This document shows positions 60,579 through 64,000 of a stretch of DNA of 64,000 nucleotides, piece by piece. Made by a program: the position numbers and the translations under genes. Position 1 is the stretch's first letter; every line of letters starts with the position of its first letter. The DNA comes from an uncultured Chroococcidiopsis sp. (GTDB lineage: Bacteria; Cyanobacteriota; Cyanobacteriia; Cyanobacteriales; Chroococcidiopsidaceae). The notes under the pieces were generated by a model. It made no database searches, was not told where the DNA came from, and saw nothing but the letters and a program-made list of their open reading frames with translations. The DNA lies in contig CAXTYC010000001.1 in the NCBI GenBank assembly GCA_964248365.1, positions 96,001 to 160,000 of the forward strand, written 5' to 3'.

Positions 60579-60794
60579 TTAGCTTTTTGGTTTCAGGTAG
60601 GCGATCGCGTGTCGCCAAACAGTGTTAGGTTGGTTGTTACCGTCGTAAAGACAGATGCAGTTGTGATCCTGCCAGCCTAGTTTTCCCGTTAGCAAATCGC
60701 CTGTTACAAGTTTCAACTCAACCACTGTTGTATCTTTAATCAGGGTTTGCACTTGCCGAATGCTTGGTAAAGCACTATCAAATTCGCTTGACAT
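60579..60794 (-). CDS. hfq: Cyanobacterial Hfq
   Basis: LPSIRQVQ, KLVTGD..G...WQD, WRHAIAY; divergent from dapF. Confidence 0.9.
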   Translation of the reverse strand: MSSEFDSALPSIRQVQTLIKDTTVVELKLVTGDLLTGKLGWQDHNCICLYDGNNQPNTVWRHAIAYLKPKS

Positions 60795-60870
60795 AATTAA
60801 TTTAATGTTGATTTCTATAATTAATAATTCCCCCGATTGAGCGATCTATTTTCATTACCTGTAAGGAGAT

Positions 60871-61728
60871 GTGATGTCTATCGAGTTTGCTAAGTATCAT
60901 GGACTGGGAAATGATTTTATTCTGATTGATAATCGCACGTCTAATGAACCTGTAATTACGCCAGAACAAGCTGTTAAGTTATGCGATCGCCATTTTGGGA
61001 TCGGTGCTGATGGGGTGATCTTTGCCTTACCTGGACAAGATGGCACTGATTATACTATGCGAATTTTCAACTCCGATGGCTCGGAACCTGAAATGTGCGG
61101 CAATGGTATTCGCTGTTTAGCCCGTTTTTTAGCCCAATTAGAAAGGGGCGAGCTAAGAGAGGCGAGAGGCGAGAGGAAGTATGATATTCATACTCTGGCT
61201 GGGGTTATGTCACCTCAATTAGTTGCTGATGGGATGGTTAAAGTTGATATGGGTTTGCCTCGTCTACTTGCAAGTGAAATTCCTACCACTCTCGCACCAG
61301 CTAATGAGAAAGTCATCAACCAACACCTAGAAGTAGCAGGCAAATCTTGGGCTGTTACTTGTGTTAGTATGGGCAACCCCCATTGCATCACGTTTGTCTC
61401 AGACGTGGCTGCTATTGATTTAGAAACAATTGGTTCGCAGTTTGAACATCACCCAGCTTTCCCCCAACGGACTAATACAGAATTTATTCAAGTTGTCAAG
61501 CCCGATTACCTAAAAATGCGAGTGTGGGAACGGGGTGCGGGGGCTACTTTAGCCTGTGGTACTGGTGCTTGCGCTGCAATGGTTGCTGGGGTTTTAACGG
61601 GGAGGTGCGATCGCGCTGCTACTATCGAACTTCCTGGCGGTTGTCTTGCGATTGAATGGTCACAATTAGACCAAAAGCTTTACATGACAGGAGCAGCACA
61701 GTTAGTTTTTACTGGCAAAATTGAGTAA
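60871..61728 (+). CDS. dapF: Diaminopimelate epimerase
   Basis: [34 protein letters not shown]. Confidence 0.97.
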   Translation: MMSIEFAKYHGLGNDFILIDNRTSNEPVITPEQAVKLCDRHFGIGADGVIFALPGQDGTDYTMRIFNSDGSEPEMCGNGIRCLARFLAQLERGELREARGERKYDIHTLAGVMSPQLVADGMVKVDMGLPRLLASEIPTTLAPANEKVINQHLEVAGKSWAVTCVSMGNPHCITFVSDVAAIDLETIGSQFEHHPAFPQRTNTEFIQVVKPDYLKMRVWERGAGATLACGTGACAAMVAGVLTGRCDRAATIELPGGCLAIEWSQLDQKLYMTGAAQLVFTGKIE

Positions 61729-61906
61729 TAAGTACTTGATCCGCGATCGCCTTTACTAAATACTTTCTTTTGTTAAATCAGGAATTATCTGCAAGTTATG
61801 ATATAATTCCTCAATTTTGTTAATTCCCTTTTGGTAAAGAACTCTTGCGATCGCAAATCTCCTTGTGTAATACGGGCATTGCCTTGCCATGCCCCTTGTT
61901 GTATTT

Positions 61907-64000
61907 TCAACGCTCTTCAACTAACTGCCGGAAGCGTTTATCATTTGCAATTTCCTCAAATTCTGGATCAGTTTTTGCCTCTTGTCGATACTTGGGATTA
62001 AATTTAATCGCCTGTTGCAGATTTTCAAGTGCTAATTTTACTTGACCTTGGAGAGCATAACAGATAGCTTTGTTGTAGTAGGCATTGGCGTAGTTCGGTT
62101 GAATCTTCAGCGCTTGATCGAAGCTTTCAAGCGCCTCGTCATCCCGTTCTAGTTGAACTAACAGATAACCTTTCGAGTTCCAAGCTTTATAGGAATTAGG
62201 ATTAAATTCAATTGCTTTGTCAAAAGAAGCGATCGCGTCTTCATATCGTTCTAACACTTCCAAAGCCATACCCCGATTTAACCAGGCGGTAGCATCATCT
62301 GGCTGAACTTGCACCGCTTTGTCAAACGATTGGAAAGCCTCTTGATGCTTTTGCATCTTCCCTAATACTACCCCTCGATCTACCCAAGCTTGACGGTAAT
62401 CTGGCTTGATCTCAAGTGCTTTGTCAAACGAGGCGATCGCGTCTGCATACCGTTTCATTCTCCCTAAAACAATACCACGCTGAAAATAGGCTTTGTAGTC
62501 ATTTGGATCAGTTTTAATCACACTATTAAAAGCAGCAAGCGCACCTTCATACCGTTGTAATTCTTTTAGTGCAAGTCCTCGGTGATACCAGCTACCAGAG
62601 TCATTCGGTTTGAATTCTAGCACTTTGTCAAACGAGGCGATCGCTTTCTCATACTGCTTTAATTCCCATAGTGCAATGCCATGCTGATACCAAATATCAG
62701 GGTTATTCGGCTGGAGTTCTAGTGCTTGATCGTAAGTAGCGATCGCTCGATCATAACGCCCTTGAGAAAATAAAGCATTTCCCTGTTTTATATATTCATT
62801 TGCACTCAAAAACAACTTGGGATTATTAGCTTTGAGGATTTCCAGTTGTTCCGATAGTTCTTGAATTTTCTGGGTAATCTCTGATAATGCAGAATCGGCG
62901 ATCGATGTGGGTGCAATCTCTGCCAATTGCTGCAAAATTTGCTCTTTCCTAGTTTGAGCATCCGATTGTACTTCATCCAGACAAGCCGCAAGCGTATTTT
63001 CCAATTTTTCTATATTTCCCAAAGTAATATCTTTGCGACTTTGAATTCCAGACTGTAATGCAGCAAGTTGGGATTTAATCTCAGTTTCTAATTTTTCCAA
63101 GTTCTCAATGGTCTTATCTTGCTGAGATTTAATTCCTGATTGTGAATTTGTAACGGTTGTTGCAAACTGTGCCTCTTGTTTTTTCAGTTGCTGGAGCTTC
63201 TCTTCTATTTCCCCTTGAATCTGCGACTGTGATTTCGTTAGCCCAACAGTAATTTCACTTTCTAATTGCTCCAACTTCTTAATTGCTAAATCCTTTTGCT
63301 GTTGAACTTTTTGGGCAGCATCTGTCTCAATTGCAGATAACCGCGGGGCAAAGTCAGACTCTAGGTTTTTCAGGTTTTGCAAAATTGAATCTTTTTGCTT
63401 TTGCGCCTCTTGCTGCTGCTGGCTCATTTGAGATTTAAACGCACTTTCTGCCTGTTTGATACTCTGTAATACTGCATCTTTCTGCACTTTAATTTCAGAT
63501 TGTATAGCTGACAGTCTGGTCACTAAATCTGTTTCTGATTGTTTTAAATTTTGCAAAACTGTATCTTTTTGTCCTTGCACATCTGCCAGAATTTTAGAAA
63601 TTTGAGGGGCTAGCTTAGAACCCAATTTATCTAAGTTTTGAATAATTAAACTCTGTCTGGTTTCTGCCTCTTGTTGCAGTTGAGATAGTCGAGCAGTTAA
63701 CCCATTTTCTAATAATTTTATATGATTTAAAACTACATCTTTTTGCCCTTGAACATTAGATTCTGATTCAGACACTTTAGCCACAAAATCAGTTTCTGCT
63801 TGTTTCAAGTTTTGCAAAAATGCATTTTTTTCTCCTTCTACATCCGCTTGAAGTCGAGATAGGTGAGGTGCAAACTCTAAACCGAGCTTTTCTAAATTTT
63901 CAAGAATTAAGTCTTGTTTGTTTTGAGCTTCTTGTTGCAATTGGGAAAGTCGAGTAGCAAACTCAGCTTCTGATTGTTTTAGATTAGTTAAAACTGCATC
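61907..64000 (-). CDS. Coiled-coil repeat plus C-terminal TPR protein (5' end outside the window)
   Basis: Frame stays open to the window edge. About 8 TPRs (A.ASFDKALE.KP) preceded by QKD.(V/I)LQNL repeats. Confidence 0.9.
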   Translation of the reverse strand, partial: DAVLTNLKQSEAEFATRLSQLQQEAQNKQDLILENLEKLGLEFAPHLSRLQADVEGEKNAFLQNLKQAETDFVAKVSESESNVQGQKDVVLNHIKLLENGLTARLSQLQQEAETRQSLIIQNLDKLGSKLAPQISKILADVQGQKDTVLQNLKQSETDLVTRLSAIQSEIKVQKDAVLQSIKQAESAFKSQMSQQQQEAQKQKDSILQNLKNLESDFAPRLSAIETDAAQKVQQQKDLAIKKLEQLESEITVGLTKSQSQIQGEIEEKLQQLKKQEAQFATTVTNSQSGIKSQQDKTIENLEKLETEIKSQLAALQSGIQSRKDITLGNIEKLENTLAACLDEVQSDAQTRKEQILQQLAEIAPTSIADSALSEITQKIQELSEQLEILKANNPKLFLSANEYIKQGNALFSQGRYDRAIATYDQALELQPNNPDIWYQHGIALWELKQYEKAIASFDKVLEFKPNDSGSWYHRGLALKELQRYEGALAAFNSVIKTDPNDYKAYFQRGIVLGRMKRYADAIASFDKALEIKPDYRQAWVDRGVVLGKMQKHQEAFQSFDKAVQVQPDDATAWLNRGMALEVLERYEDAIASFDKAIEFNPNSYKAWNSKGYLLVQLERDDEALESFDQALKIQPNYANAYYNKAICYALQGQVKLALENLQQAIKFNPKYRQEAKTDPEFEEIANDKRFRQLVEER

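Larger units (their letters stand above)
1..64000. repeat. HIP1 octamer GCGATCGC, dispersed in dozens of copies
   Basis: Seen at 28-35, 51-58, 4225-4232, 4269-4276, 9092-9099, 9120-9127, 51268-51275, 53593-53600 and many more. HIP1 over-representation is a known cyanobacterial signature. Confidence 0.95.

Noticed and set aside
295..62991. Many short antisense or alternate-frame ORFs inside long genes (e.g. 1726-1968, 4400-4708, 13830-14195, 44759-45208, 58367-58666)
   Set aside because: They are shadows of well-supported genes and have no independent motifs.

Overview
This is a cyanobacterial chromosome segment: the HIP1 octamer GCGATCGC is frequent, heptamer STRR tracts are present, and it carries cyanobacterial-type cruF/cruG, hfq, zur, sigG and cdgR. 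Most of the window is housekeeping: purQS, purH, leuS, dapF, ftsI/ftsL-like, rnhA, phosphoketolase, carotenoid-glycoside genes and a hopanoid cluster. The main accessory locus is 4.2-9.1 kb, a tightly coupled minus-strand operon of an MMADHC/CblD-like protein, a Cas4-like Fe-S PD-(D/E)XK nuclease and a long prokaryotic Argonaute with an intact DEDD tetrad. It is divergent from an XRE-HTH plus ImmA/IrrE metallopeptidase pair, with two palindromes in the shared promoter. As I recall, the pAgo plus Cas4-like core is already described in cyanobacteria. The MMADHC-like member and the CapH/CapP-like regulators are what look new. Other accessory items are an SF2 helicase-HNH fusion, a type II R-M pair with a frameshift in each gene, a PD-(D/E)XK-like pseudogene, a decayed duplicate of the phosphoketolase 3' end, an HNH-like membrane protein, an HDO oxidase plus NPPY methyltransferase pair, MITE/REP-like elements and in-frame STRR insertions in core genes. 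I saw no rRNA, tRNA or CRISPR array. All family calls come from reading motifs by eye; no database searches were run.
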